In this document: positions 1 to 9,682 of the stretch, in pieces
Layout of the letters: the number at the start of each line of letters is the position of its first letter
How positions within the stretch are numbered: the first letter of the stretch is position 1
Assembly (NCBI GenBank): GCA_049840735.1
Contig: JASGJN010000022.1
Span: 736,001-800,000, forward strand
From: Anaeromyxobacter sp.
GTDB lineage: Bacteria; Myxococcota; Myxococcia; Myxococcales; Anaeromyxobacteraceae
Direction: 5' to 3'
DNA: 64,000 bases
The notes under the pieces: model-generated
Seen by the model: only the letters and a program-made list of their open reading frames with translations
What the model was told of the DNA's origin: nothing
Database searches by the model: none
Position numbers and translations under genes: made by a program

Positions 1-1088
1 GAGGGCTCGTCGTGCGTGGTGGGCTGGAAGGCGCGGGCGCCGTCCACCGCCGGCAGCCGGGGCAGCGCCAGGGCCGGCACGTTGCCGTCGCCGGAGGCGG
101 TGAGCCGGACCGGCACCGGATCCCCGGCGGCGGCCAGGGCCGGCGCGGTGGCCTCGAGCTTCAGGACGCCGACGTTGACCGGGTCGAACCCGGCCGGCGC
201 GCCCGGCGGCAGCGGCTTCACCTCGAGCGTCACCGCCGCCGTCCTGCGCGCCAGCCGGTGCAGCTCGGGGAAGGGGTCGAAGGCGGAGGTGTCGCTGACC
301 TGGACGGTGATGCCGTCCAGCACCGCCGGCGCCAGGGTCAGCTCGCCGGCGCGGGTGGGGAAGAGGGCCAGCCGCTGCACCAGGTACGCGCGGAGGGGGA
401 CGCCGTTCACCTCCCGCACCTCCGGCTGCAGCCGGCGCGGCGTGTCCAGCTCCTCCACCCAGAAGCCGTCGTAGCGCGGGGGCGTGAGCCGGTCGTACCC
501 CACCACCGCCACGCCGGAGACCAGCCAGAGCGAGGCGGTGACCTGCTCGCCCATCCAGGCCTCGCGCCGGTCCAGCTGCAGCTCCAGCGTGACGTCCTTC
601 TCCCAGCCGCGGTACGCGTAGCCGCGCGGCCCGGGCGCGGGCGCGGGCGCCGGCCCCGGGCGCGCCGGCTTGCCGCTGCCCGGCGGCCCGACCTTCACGG
701 CGATGGGGCGGGTGGTGAACTTCTTCCCGCGCACCACGGCGCTGGCGGGCGGCACCGTCAGCGCGCCCTGGCGCGTGGGGCGCAGCGTGAGGGTGAAGAC
801 GTAGCGCTGCTGGATGAGCACCCCGCCGCCGCCGCCCAGCGAGACCTGGGCGTCGCGCGACTGGCCCTGGCTCACCACCTGGAACTGGGTGGTGTCGCCC
901 AGCTCGATGTGGTCGATGGGGTCGGCGCTGATCAGCACCACCTCCACCCGGAGGGTCTCGTCGATGGCCAGCTCGGTCCGGTCGGCGTGCGCCTCGAACG
1001 ACACCGGCTCCGCGCGCGCCACGCCCGGCAGCGCCCAGAGGGCCGCCGCCAGCAGCGCCGCCGCCAGCTCACCAGTCCTTGCCGACAT
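1..1088 (-). CDS. batD: BatD-family protein (5' part; runs off window)
   Basis: Manual translation MSARTGELAAALLAAALWALPGVARAEPVSFEAHADRTEL...YVFTLTLRPTRQGALTVPPA; signal peptide, GGAGG upstream, last gene of the bat-type operon. Confidence 0.8.
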   Translation of the reverse strand, partial: MSARTGELAAALLAAALWALPGVARAEPVSFEAHADRTELAIDETLRVEVVLISADPIDHIELGDTTQFQVVSQGQSRDAQVSLGGGGGVLIQQRYVFTLTLRPTRQGALTVPPASAVVRGKKFTTRPIAVKVGPPGSGKPARPGPAPAPAPGPRGYAYRGWEKDVTLELQLDRREAWMGEQVTASLWLVSGVAVVGYDRLTPPRYDGFWVEELDTPRRLQPEVREVNGVPLRAYLVQRLALFPTRAGELTLAPAVLDGITVQVSDTSAFDPFPELHRLARRTAAVTLEVKPLPPGAPAGFDPVNVGVLKLEATAPALAAAGDPVPVRLTASGDGNVPALALPRLPAVDGARAFQPTTHDEP

Positions 1089-1841
1089 CCGCCCTCCGGC
1101 CGCCCTGCGGCTCGCGTCCCACCGGCGGGAGATGCCTTCTCCCTGCTGCGCAGCGCGTCCAGCAAACGCTCCGCGTCCTGCCTGGACATCGGAGCCTGGG
1201 GCGCCTGCTGCGGCTGCCCCTGCTGCGGCCGGGCCTCCTGCGGCTGCTCCGGGCCCTGCGGCCGGGGCTGCTGCTGCCGCGGGTCCTGGGCGCCCTGCCG
1301 CTCCTTCCCGCGGTCCTGGCCAGGCGGTGGCTGGCCCCGTCCCTGCTGCCGGTCCTGCGGCGGCTGCTGCTTCGGCTCCTGGCCGCCCTGCTGGCCCTGC
1401 TGCTGCGGCGCCTGCGACCTGGCCTGCTTCCGCAGCAGCACCTCGAGGTCGTAGCGGGCGTCCTCGTTGCCCGGATCGCGCTGCAGCGCCTCCACCATGG
1501 CCTTCGCCGCCCCCTCCCGGTCCCCCTCGGCGGCCAGCGAGGTGCCCAGGTTCTGCAGCGCGCGCGAGGCCAGCGCGTCCGGCGGGCGCTGCTCCAGCAC
1601 CTGGCGCCAGGCCGCCTGCGCCTCGGCCGTCTTCCCCTGCCGCTGCAGCGCGTTGGCGCGGTCGAAGGTGATCTCCCGGGTGGGCGCCGGCCTCGGCCTC
1701 GGCGGCGGCGTAGCGCTCCAGCGCCCCGGCGGCGTCGCCCGCCACCAGCTTCTCGTTCCCCTCGCGCACCCGGGGCTGCTCGGCCTGGAAGGGCGAGCTC
1801 CCGGCCAGGGCCAGGGCCAGCAGGCAGAGGCGGGCCTTCAC
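1069..1841 (-). CDS. TPR protein with Gln-rich linker (BatC-like); apparent +1 frameshifts near 1678 and 1135
   Basis: GTG start overlaps batB stop; TPR segment ALQNLGTSLAAEGDREGAAKAMVEALQRDPGNEDARYDLE; corrected C-terminus ends KDW*. Confidence 0.75.
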
Positions 1842-2920
1842 GGGCGCTCCTCCCCGGCGGCCGGCGCGGGCGCCGGGCGCGCCTCGCGCAGCAGGAGCGC
1901 GCCCAGCAGGGCCAGCAGCGCCGGGAAGGCGGCCAGCGCGTAGCGGTCCTCCCAGGCGGTGGTCACGCGCCCCTCCAGCTCGGTCTTCTCCATCCGGTCC
2001 AGCTCGGCGCGGAAGGCCGAGAGCCCGCGCGCGGAGAGCGTGTAGACGGCGCCGCCGCCGCGGGTGGTGAGCGCGGTGAGCGCGGGGAGGTCGAGCCGCG
2101 TCACCACCGGCTGGCCGGCCTGGTCCTGGCGATAGCCGGCCACCTGGCCCCGCCCGTCCAGCAGCGGCACCGGGGCGCCCTCCGGCGTGCCGATGGCCAG
2201 CGCGTGGACGCGGATCCCGGCGTCGGCCAGCGCCTGGGCCGCGGCCTCGGCGCCGCCCTCCTGGTCCTCGCCGTCGCTCACCACCAGCACCGCGCGCGAG
2301 CGGGCGCCGCGCTCGGCGCGGGCCAGCAGCTCGCCGGACGCCCGCAGCGCCTCGGCCAGCGCCGTCCCCTGCTGCGGGAAGGCCTCCGGGGTGAGGCCGC
2401 GCAGGAAGAGCCGGGCCGCAGCGGCGTCGCTGGTGAGCGGGCAGGCCACCTGCGCCGTGGCCGCGAAGGCCACCACGCCCACCCGGTCGCCGGCCAGCTG
2501 GTCCAGGAAGGCGCCCACCTCCAGCTGGCCGCGGGTGAAGCGGTCCGGGGCCACGTCGCGGGCGCGCATGGAGCGCGAGGCGTCCAGCACCAGCACCACG
2601 TCCACGCCCTCGCGGTGGACCACCTCGGTGCGCTGGCCGCACTGCGGGCGGGAGAGGGCCAGCGCCAGCAGGACCAGCCCCAGCGTGGAGAGCCCCAGCC
2701 GCGCCGCGGGACGGGCCGCGCCGGCGGTGGGGGCCACCCGCGCCCCCAGCGCGCCGGCGGCCCGGACCAGCGCGCGCCGCCGCCGGGCGACGGCCCAGCC
2801 GCCCAGCAGCGCCACGGCCAGCGCGGCAAGGAGCAGCCAGAGCCGGTCGGGGTCGGCCAGCCGCGCCGGCGCGCCCAGGATCTCGAACTGCAGCGCGGGG
2901 CTGGGGAGCGCGGGGTTCAC
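1838..2920 (-). CDS. batB: VWA domain protein (BatB-like)
   Basis: MIDAS-like LDASRSM, SDGEDQ, N- and C-terminal TM segments. Confidence 0.85.
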   Translation of the reverse strand: MNPALPSPALQFEILGAPARLADPDRLWLLLAALAVALLGGWAVARRRRALVRAAGALGARVAPTAGAARPAARLGLSTLGLVLLALALSRPQCGQRTEVVHREGVDVVLVLDASRSMRARDVAPDRFTRGQLEVGAFLDQLAGDRVGVVAFAATAQVACPLTSDAAAARLFLRGLTPEAFPQQGTALAEALRASGELLARAERGARSRAVLVVSDGEDQEGGAEAAAQALADAGIRVHALAIGTPEGAPVPLLDGRGQVAGYRQDQAGQPVVTRLDLPALTALTTRGGGAVYTLSARGLSAFRAELDRMEKTELEGRVTTAWEDRYALAAFPALLALLGALLLREARPAPAPAAGEERP

Positions 2921-3930
2921 GGGAAGGACCTCCAGCGCGTGGCGCCCAGCACCAGCCCCGCCGCCGCCAGCCAGAAGGCGGGCAGGAGCAGGTCCGGGAA
3001 CCGCTCGCGCACGCGGCGGGCCCCGCCCGCCTCGAAGAGCCGGCTCTTCTCCATGCGGTCCAGCACGTCCTGGAGGCCCCCCTCCAGCGTGGCCCGGTCG
3101 GTGGCGTTGGTGTAGGCGCCGCCGGTGGTGCGGGCGATTTCCTTCAGCAGGTCCGGGTTCACCGGGAACTCTCGGTCTTCGTAGAGCTCCTTGCCGAACA
3201 GGTCGCGGCCCACCGGGTAGGGGACCACGCCGCCCTTGCCCACCAGGATGGGGAAGACGCGGATGCCCAGGGCGTGCGCCATCTCGGCGGCGGCGCTGGG
3301 CGAGACCTGTCCGGCGTTGTTGTCACCGTCGGTGAGGAGCACCACCGCCTTGGAGCGGGCGTCGGAGTCGCGCAGCCGGTTGACCGCGGTGGCCAGCGCG
3401 TTGCCGATGGCGGTCCCGTCCTCGATCAGGCCGAAGCGCAGCCCGTCCACCAGCTGGCGCAGGATGGCGTGGTCGAGCGTGAGCGGCGCCTGGGTGTAGG
3501 CGTCGCCGGCGAAGACCACCAGGCCGATCCGGTCCGAGCCGCGCCGACCCACGAAGTCCTTCAGCACCTCCTTGGCCACGTGCAGCCGGTTCTGCGGCCG
3601 GAAGTCGGCGGCGGCCATGGAGGTGGAGAGGTCGAGGCAGATGACGATGTCGATCCCCTCGACCGAGGCGGCCTCGGCCTGCCGCTCGCGCCCCTGCGGC
3701 CGGGCCAGCGCCACCGCCAGCAGCGCCAGCGCGGCCACGATCAGCGCCTGCGGCAGCCACCAGAGCCGCGCCGCCCAGCCGCGCCCGGCGCGGGCCAGCG
3801 CGGCGGCGCGCGGGTGGCGCAGCGCCGGCGCGCGGCGACGCTCGCGCCGGAGCGCCCAGAGGGCCAGCGGCACGGCCAAGAGCAGCAGCAGGGCCCAGGG
3901 GCGGGCCAGCGCCATCCCCGCCCAGCTCAC
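2917..3930 (-). CDS. batA: VWA domain protein (BatA-like)
   Basis: LDLSTSM, DGTAIGNAL, LLTDGDNNAG; GTGA overlap with upstream stop. Confidence 0.88.
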   Translation of the reverse strand: MSWAGMALARPWALLLLLAVPLALWALRRERRRAPALRHPRAAALARAGRGWAARLWWLPQALIVAALALLAVALARPQGRERQAEAASVEGIDIVICLDLSTSMAAADFRPQNRLHVAKEVLKDFVGRRGSDRIGLVVFAGDAYTQAPLTLDHAILRQLVDGLRFGLIEDGTAIGNALATAVNRLRDSDARSKAVVLLTDGDNNAGQVSPSAAAEMAHALGIRVFPILVGKGGVVPYPVGRDLFGKELYEDREFPVNPDLLKEIARTTGGAYTNATDRATLEGGLQDVLDRMEKSRLFEAGGARRVRERFPDLLLPAFWLAAAGLVLGATRWRSFP

Positions 3931-4856
3931 TGCGCCTCCTGCGCCGCGGCCGGGCGGGTCGCCGCCAAGAGCCGGCGCGCGTAGGCGGTGCCGGCCGCGC
4001 AGCCCGCGGCGGTGGGCTGCGCGCGGGCGAACTTCACCAGGTCGGCCTCGGCCAGGAAGCCCTCCAGCGCCTCCAGCTCCAGCCGCGGGTCGGGGGCGGC
4101 GCGCAGCCCGGCCAGGAGCTCGCCGCTGGTCAGGTCCAGCGCCGGCAGGCGGGTGAGCGAGCCCAGGTACTCGCGGACCAGCTCGCTCAGGCGGGCCACG
4201 TGCTCCTCGCCGCGCCCCTGCTCCGGCAGCCGCTCCCCCTCCAGCGCGTCCAGCCGGCGCGCGAACCGCACGTGCGGCGGCAGGGGCGGCGCCGCCTTCC
4301 TGGGCCGGTGGCGGAGCCGCAGCAGCGCGCGGACCAGCAGCGCCAGCGCGGCCAGGCCGCCCAGGATCCCCAGCGTCCACCAGAGCAGCCGCAGGCTGCG
4401 CACCATCAGCGGCACCGGCGGCGCCGGGTCCCGCAGCGCAAGCTCCTCGGTCGGGACGGTCGGGTCGATGAGCCCCACGCCGGTGACCGGCGGCCCGGCC
4501 AGCGTGAGCACCGCCGGGCCCCGGGGCGTCTGGACCGGCAGCGAGAGCGTGGGGAGCTGCTGCTCGCCCAGCGCGTAGAGCGCCAGCGGGACCGTGCAGG
4601 TGGTGACCACCTCGGCCGGCGCCCGCCCGGCGCGGCTGCAGCGCCCCTGCCCCGCGGCGCGGAACGGCTCCGCCGCCAGGTGCTCGGGCAGGAGGTAGGT
4701 CTCGTCCGGCGCGTGGCGGATCTCGACGGCGAGCGTGAAGGGCTCGCCCAGCTTCACCTCGCCCCTGGAGAGCTCGGCCCGCACGTCCAGCGGGCGCGCC
4801 TCGGGCAGGGCCGGGTCGGCCGCCAGCAGCCCGGCCAGCGCCAGCGCCGCGATCAC
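3927..4856 (-). CDS. Bat-operon membrane-anchored protein (DUF4381-like)
   Basis: Signal peptide, central TM helix, C-terminal ADLVKFA motif; lies between DUF58 and batA. Confidence 0.7.
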   Translation of the reverse strand: MIAALALAGLLAADPALPEARPLDVRAELSRGEVKLGEPFTLAVEIRHAPDETYLLPEHLAAEPFRAAGQGRCSRAGRAPAEVVTTCTVPLALYALGEQQLPTLSLPVQTPRGPAVLTLAGPPVTGVGLIDPTVPTEELALRDPAPPVPLMVRSLRLLWWTLGILGGLAALALLVRALLRLRHRPRKAAPPLPPHVRFARRLDALEGERLPEQGRGEEHVARLSELVREYLGSLTRLPALDLTSGELLAGLRAAPDPRLELEALEGFLAEADLVKFARAQPTAAGCAAGTAYARRLLAATRPAAAQEAQ

Positions 4857-5791
4857 GCCAGCCTCCGCGCCCGGGCCCGGAAGAAGGCCAGGAGCGGCGT
4901 GACGTAGTCGGCGTCGTCGGCGTGGACCAGCACCGGGTCCAGCTCCAGCCTGGCGAAGAGCCGGCGCAGCGCCTCCTCCTGGCCGCGCACCGCCGCGGTC
5001 AGGCGGGCCCGGACGCGCCTGTCGGAGAAGTCCACCCGGACCACCTGGCCGCTCTCCGGGTCCTCCACCCAGGCCAGCCCGGCCGGCGGCAGCTCGGCCT
5101 CGAGCCGGTCGGACAGCCGGATGGGGACCAGGTCGTGCCTGCGCGAGGCGATGCGCAGCGCCCGCTCGAAGGGGAGCGCCTCGCCGGCGGCCCCGGCCGC
5201 GCCAGGCCCGGCGGCCTCGATGAAGTCGGAGAGCAGGAAGGCCACCGTGCGGCGGCGCATGGTGCGGCGCAGGTACTCCAGCGCCGCGCCCACCGAGGTG
5301 CCGCGGCCCTCCGGCTGGACCTGGAGCAGCTCGGAGACCAGCCGCAGCGCGTGGCGCCGCCCCTTGCGCGGCGGCACGAACCGCTCCACGCGGTCGGAGA
5401 AGAGCACCAGGCCGATCCGGTCGCCGTTGGCCACGGCGCTGAAGGCCAGCAGCGCCAGCAGCTCGGCCGCCACCTCGGCCTTGGTGCGGCGGGCGGAGCC
5501 GAAGTCGGTGGAGGCGGAGACGTCGCACAGCACCATCACCGTCAGCTCGCGCTCCTCCACGAACCGCTTCACGTGGAGCTGGCCGGTGCGGGCGGTGACG
5601 TTCCAGTCGATGGATCGGACCTCGTCGCCGGGGGCGTAGGGGCGCACCTCGGAGAAGGACATGCCCCGGCCCTTGAAGACCGAGTGGTACTGGCCGGAGA
5701 GCGTGTCCTCGACCGCCTTGCGCGTGGCGATCTCGATCCGGCGGACCCGCCTCAGCAGCTCCGAGGCCGAGGGGTGGCGCGACCCGGTCAC
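4853..5791 (-). CDS. DUF58 domain protein
   Basis: YHSVFKGRGMSFSEVRPYAPGDEVRSIDWNVTAR. Confidence 0.9.
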   Translation of the reverse strand: MTGSRHPSASELLRRVRRIEIATRKAVEDTLSGQYHSVFKGRGMSFSEVRPYAPGDEVRSIDWNVTARTGQLHVKRFVEERELTVMVLCDVSASTDFGSARRTKAEVAAELLALLAFSAVANGDRIGLVLFSDRVERFVPPRKGRRHALRLVSELLQVQPEGRGTSVGAALEYLRRTMRRRTVAFLLSDFIEAAGPGAAGAAGEALPFERALRIASRRHDLVPIRLSDRLEAELPPAGLAWVEDPESGQVVRVDFSDRRVRARLTAAVRGQEEALRRLFARLELDPVLVHADDADYVTPLLAFFRARARRLA

Positions 5792-6787
5792 GGCACCTCG
5801 ACCCGCTCGAGCACCCTGGAGACCACCTTCTCCGGCGTGACCTCCTCCGCCTCCGCCTCGTAGGTGAGCGTGATGCGGTGGCGGAGCACGTCGTAGGCCA
5901 CCGCCTTCACGTCCTCGGGGGTGACGAAGGCGCGCCGGCGCAGGAAGGCGTGGGCCCGGGCCGCCAGCGCCAGGAAGAGCGTGGCGCGCGGCGAGGCGCC
6001 GTACTCCACCAGGCCGGCCAGCTCGGCCAGGCCGTGGCCGCGCGGGTCGCGGGTGGCGAAGACCAGGTTGACCACGTACTCCTTCACGCGGTCGTCCATG
6101 TAGACGCGCAGCACCGTGTCGCGCGCGGCGGTGAGCTGGGCCGGGGTGACCACGCTGGCCGCCCGGGGAGGCGAGGGCACCAGCATGCGGTCCATGATGG
6201 CCCGCTCCTCCTCGCGCGTGGGATAGCCGACCTTCACCTTCAGCATGAAGCGGTCCACCTGCGCCTCGGGCAGCGGGTAGGTCCCCTCCTGCTCGATGGG
6301 GTTCTGCGTGGCCAGCACGATGAACGGGTCGGGCAGCTTGAAGGTCTGGTCGCCCAGCGTGACCTGCCGCTCCTGCATGGCCTCCAGCAGCGCCGACTGC
6401 ACCTTGGCCGGCGCGCGGTTGATCTCGTCCGCCAGGACCACGTTGGCGAAGATGGGCCCCTGGCGCGCCGAGAAGGTCTGGCTGCGCGGGTCGTAGACCT
6501 GGGTGCCCACCACGTCGGCCGGCAGGAGGTCGGGGGTGAACTGCACGCGGCTGAAGGCGCAGGCCACGCCGTCGGCGATGGTCTTCACGGCCAGCGTCTT
6601 GGCCAGGCCGGGCACGCCCTCCAGCAGCACGTGGCCGCCGGTGAGCAGGCCGATCAGCGCCCGCTCCACCATGTAGCGTTGCCCCACCACCACCTTGCCG
6701 GTTCTCGGCCAGCAGCGCGTCCACGAAGGCGGCGCGCTCCTGCACCTCCGCCTGCACGGCCTGGATGTCGGCCCGGATGTCGGTCAT
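5788..6787 (-). CDS. moxR: MoxR-family AAA+ ATPase; apparent +1 frameshift at ~6702
   Basis: LEGVPGLAKT, DEINRAPAKVQSALLEAM, ATQNPIEQEGTYPLPEAQ; N-terminus MTDIRAD... lies in another frame. Confidence 0.92.
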
Positions 6788-6883
6788 GCGGCCTCCCGGC
6801 GGAACAACAGCGAAGCCGGGAACTTACTCCCGGTTCCCGCCGCCGAACAACACGGAGGCGCGGGCCGGCCGGGCGTGACCGGG

Positions 6884-7150
6884 TCAGCGCCGCCGGGCCG
6901 GCGGTCCGCCGCGCGGCTGGGGGCGCCCCGGCGTGACCAGCAGCAGCGGCAGCCCCACCACCACCGCCAGCACCAGCAGCTCGCCCCAGCCGATGCGGCG
7001 CGCCAGGAGCCCCAGCGCCGCCAGGAGCCCCACCGTGAAGACCAGCAGCCGCCGCTCGCGCCAGCGGCCGGTGCGGAGGAACCAGGCCACCGTCACCAGG
7101 GTGAGCGCGGTGAGGACGAGGACCAGGAGCTGGAGGCGGCCGGGGTACAT
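6884..7150 (-). CDS. Small hypothetical membrane protein (~3 TM)
   Basis: MYPGRLQLLVLVLTALTLVTVAWFL...; hydrophobic, typical codon usage. Confidence 0.6.
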   Translation of the reverse strand: MYPGRLQLLVLVLTALTLVTVAWFLRTGRWRERRLLVFTVGLLAALGLLARRIGWGELLVLAVVVGLPLLLVTPGRPQPRGGPPARRR

Positions 7151-7228
7151 GCGCGGCGGATGACAGCACGCCGGGGGGCGCGGCCGCAACGGCGCGGGGC
7201 GGACCCAGCGCTGGCGTGGGGCTCCGGC

Positions 7229-8071
7229 TTAGTGCCCGTGCCCGTGCAGCGCGGCGCCCAGCGCCCACATCGCCAGCAGGCCGGCGAACACCGACAGGAT
7301 CAGGCCCCAGCGGGCGCCGTTGCGGCGGTGGACGTCGGGGAGGATGTCGGAGAGCGCCAGGTGCAGGAAGGTGCCGGCGCTGGCGGCCAGGGCGTAGGAG
7401 GTGAAGGTCTCGACGTGCACCACCTCGCGCAGGAGCAGGTAGAGCCCGGCGCCGGCCGGCACCATCAGCGCGAAGGCGGCGTTCATGGCCAGCGCCCTGG
7501 GGCGCGAGTAGCCCTCGGCGCGCAGGATGGCGGAGAGCGAGAAGGCGTTGGGGACCTTGTGGGCCAGGATGGCCAGGAAGACCAGCAGCCCCAGCCCCGG
7601 CTGCACCGTGGCGGCGCCCAGCGCGAAGCCGTCCACCACCGTGTGCAGGCTCATGCCCACGAAGGCGGCCAGCCCCATGGTGTGGACCTCGCAGCCGGTG
7701 CCGTCGCCGCTGACCGGCGGGTGCGGGTGGAGGTGCACCTCGTGGTGCGGGTGCGGGTGGGCGGCCACGCCCTCCGGGCTGTCGGCCGCCACGTGCAGGC
7801 CGGGCTCGGCGCAGGCGTGGACCAGCACGAACCGCTCCAGCACGAAGAGCACCAGGAACCCCACCAGCACGAAGGGCAGGGCGCGCACGCCGCCCTCCTC
7901 CACCGCCTCGGGGAGGATGTGGAAGAAGGCCGCCCCCAGCATCACGCCGGCCGAGAAGGAGAGCAGCAGGTCGGAGCGGGTGAGCCGGCCCAGCAGCGGG
8001 AGGGAGCCGCCCGCCAGCGCGCCGGCGAGGATGGCCAGGGTGTAGAGGGCGAGCGAGTGGAGCTGGGTCAT
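7229..8071 (-). CDS. ZIP (ZupT-like) metal transporter
   Basis: SFSAGVML, His-rich loop, SLHTVVDG, AILAHKVP, AGTFLHLALSDILP. Confidence 0.9.
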   Translation of the reverse strand: MTQLHSLALYTLAILAGALAGGSLPLLGRLTRSDLLLSFSAGVMLGAAFFHILPEAVEEGGVRALPFVLVGFLVLFVLERFVLVHACAEPGLHVAADSPEGVAAHPHPHHEVHLHPHPPVSGDGTGCEVHTMGLAAFVGMSLHTVVDGFALGAATVQPGLGLLVFLAILAHKVPNAFSLSAILRAEGYSRPRALAMNAAFALMVPAGAGLYLLLREVVHVETFTSYALAASAGTFLHLALSDILPDVHRRNGARWGLILSVFAGLLAMWALGAALHGHGH

Positions 8072-8166
8072 GTGTCTTCCAGGCCCAGCGCGCGCAGGCG
8101 CCGGGCGAGCGTGCCGCGGTCGATGCCGAGGGCGAGGGGAGCCTCCTCGAGGAGCAGCGCCTTCAC
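8068..8166 (-). CDS. Putative 32-aa Fis-type HTH mini-protein or remnant
   Basis: GGAGG then GTG; MKALLLEEAPLALGIDRGTLARRLRALGLEDT; stop overlaps ZIP start (ATGA). Confidence 0.45.
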   Translation of the reverse strand: MKALLLEEAPLALGIDRGTLARRLRALGLEDT

Positions 8167-8225
8167 CTTGTCCCGTCCTCCGGGCCGCGCGCCGGGCCCG
8201 CAGGCCCGATCCCGCGCGGCCGGGC

Positions 8226-9275
8226 CTACTCGCCCTCGCCGTCGGCGTGGAAGCCCGGGTCGAGGTCGAAGCTCTCGCTCCCGGGCGGGAAGTGGTGATC
8301 GATCACGGTCGCCACGTCCGCTGCGGTCTGCAGCCTGTCGGCGTCCCGCCTGAAGCTGACGCCGCCGCGCCGGCCGCGGGTGTACCACAGCAGGTGCTTT
8401 CGGAGCTCGCGGATCGCCGAGCGCTCGATCTCGTCGGGCGTCTCGCCGCCCCGCGACATCCGGCCCCGGTGCTCGATCTGCCGCGCCACGTGCTCCAGCA
8501 CCACCGCGCGCCACTCGTCGCGGGTGGGCGGCGGGGGCGGCGGCCGGCCCGCCTCGGCGGCGGACAGCTCCCGGAAGATCCACGGGTTGCCGCAGGCGCC
8601 GCGGGCCACCAGCACCGCGTCGCAGCCGGTCTCCGCGCGCATGCGGAGCGCGTCGGCGGCGGTCCAGACGTCGCCCGACCCGAGCACCGGGATGGAGACG
8701 GCCCGCTTCACCGCCGCCACCAGCTCCCAGCGCGCCTTGCCGGAGTACATCTGGTTGCGGGTCCGGCCGTGCAGCGCCACCGCCGACGCGCCGCCGGCCT
8801 CGGCCGCGCGCGCCACGTCCACGCAGTTCACCTCGGCGTCGTCCCAGCCGGCGCGGATCTTGATGGTGACCGGCACCTTCACGGCCGCAGCCACCTGCCG
8901 CACCGCCGCCTCGACCCTGGCCGGCTCGCGCCCCAGCGCCGCCCCGGCGCCGGTGCCGCAGACCTTCTTCACCGGGCAGGCCATGTTGATGTCGATGATG
9001 CCGGCCCCGGCCTCGACCGCGATGACCGCGCCGCGCGCCAGCACGTCCGGCTCGGCGGCGAAGATCTGGACCGCGAAGGGGTCCTCGTCCGGCTCCCGAT
9101 CGAGGTAGCTCTGCGTCTGCACCCCGCCGTGGACCAGCCCGTGGGCGGAGACCATCTCGGTGTACGCGAAGCTCGCCCCCATCCGGCGGCAGATGGTGCG
9201 GAAGGGGCGATCCGAGACGCCGGCGAGGGGCGCCAGGAAGAAGCGTCCGGGAAACTGGTGGGGACCGATCTGCAT
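8226..9275 (-). CDS. dusB: tRNA-dihydrouridine synthase DusB
   Basis: LAPLAGVSD, TEMVS, DINMACPVKKV, HGRTR, ARGACGNPW. Confidence 0.92.
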   Translation of the reverse strand: MQIGPHQFPGRFFLAPLAGVSDRPFRTICRRMGASFAYTEMVSAHGLVHGGVQTQSYLDREPDEDPFAVQIFAAEPDVLARGAVIAVEAGAGIIDINMACPVKKVCGTGAGAALGREPARVEAAVRQVAAAVKVPVTIKIRAGWDDAEVNCVDVARAAEAGGASAVALHGRTRNQMYSGKARWELVAAVKRAVSIPVLGSGDVWTAADALRMRAETGCDAVLVARGACGNPWIFRELSAAEAGRPPPPPPTRDEWRAVVLEHVARQIEHRGRMSRGGETPDEIERSAIRELRKHLLWYTRGRRGGVSFRRDADRLQTAADVATVIDHHFPPGSESFDLDPGFHADGEGE

Positions 9276-9682
9276 GGGGTCGAGGGGCGCGGGGTGTAGC
9301 ACGGGGTGGGTTCGTTCGAAACCGAGGAATTCGGGCCGTGCCCGGCGGTTTCGAGAGCTAAGGGGCAGCCCCGACGAGCGCAAACCTTTACGCCCCGCGG
9401 AGCGTCGTTGAAGCTGGTGAGCCGTAAGCGGGGCCTGCCTCTGCGCGGGGGATCGTGCACAGGGTCGCCACGTCGGGCGAGGCGCCCGGCCGCCTGCGGC
9501 GACGCGCCTCTCCGTCCTCAGCGGCAGGGCAGGTCGGGGCGTCCCACAGGCGCGCCCCGTGTGACCAACCGGATCGTCGATTTCCCCCGGGTGGTGGATT
9601 TGGAAATGGCCTGTAGGGCCGGTACCATGCAGCAGTCCCACGCGTGCGGCCGCCCGGTCGCACGCGCTGCAGCCGAGGAACG

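Noticed and set aside
1..6787. moxR-DUF58-VWA-TPR-batD operon as a novel system
   Set aside because: This is the well-known Bat/MoxR-type arrangement.
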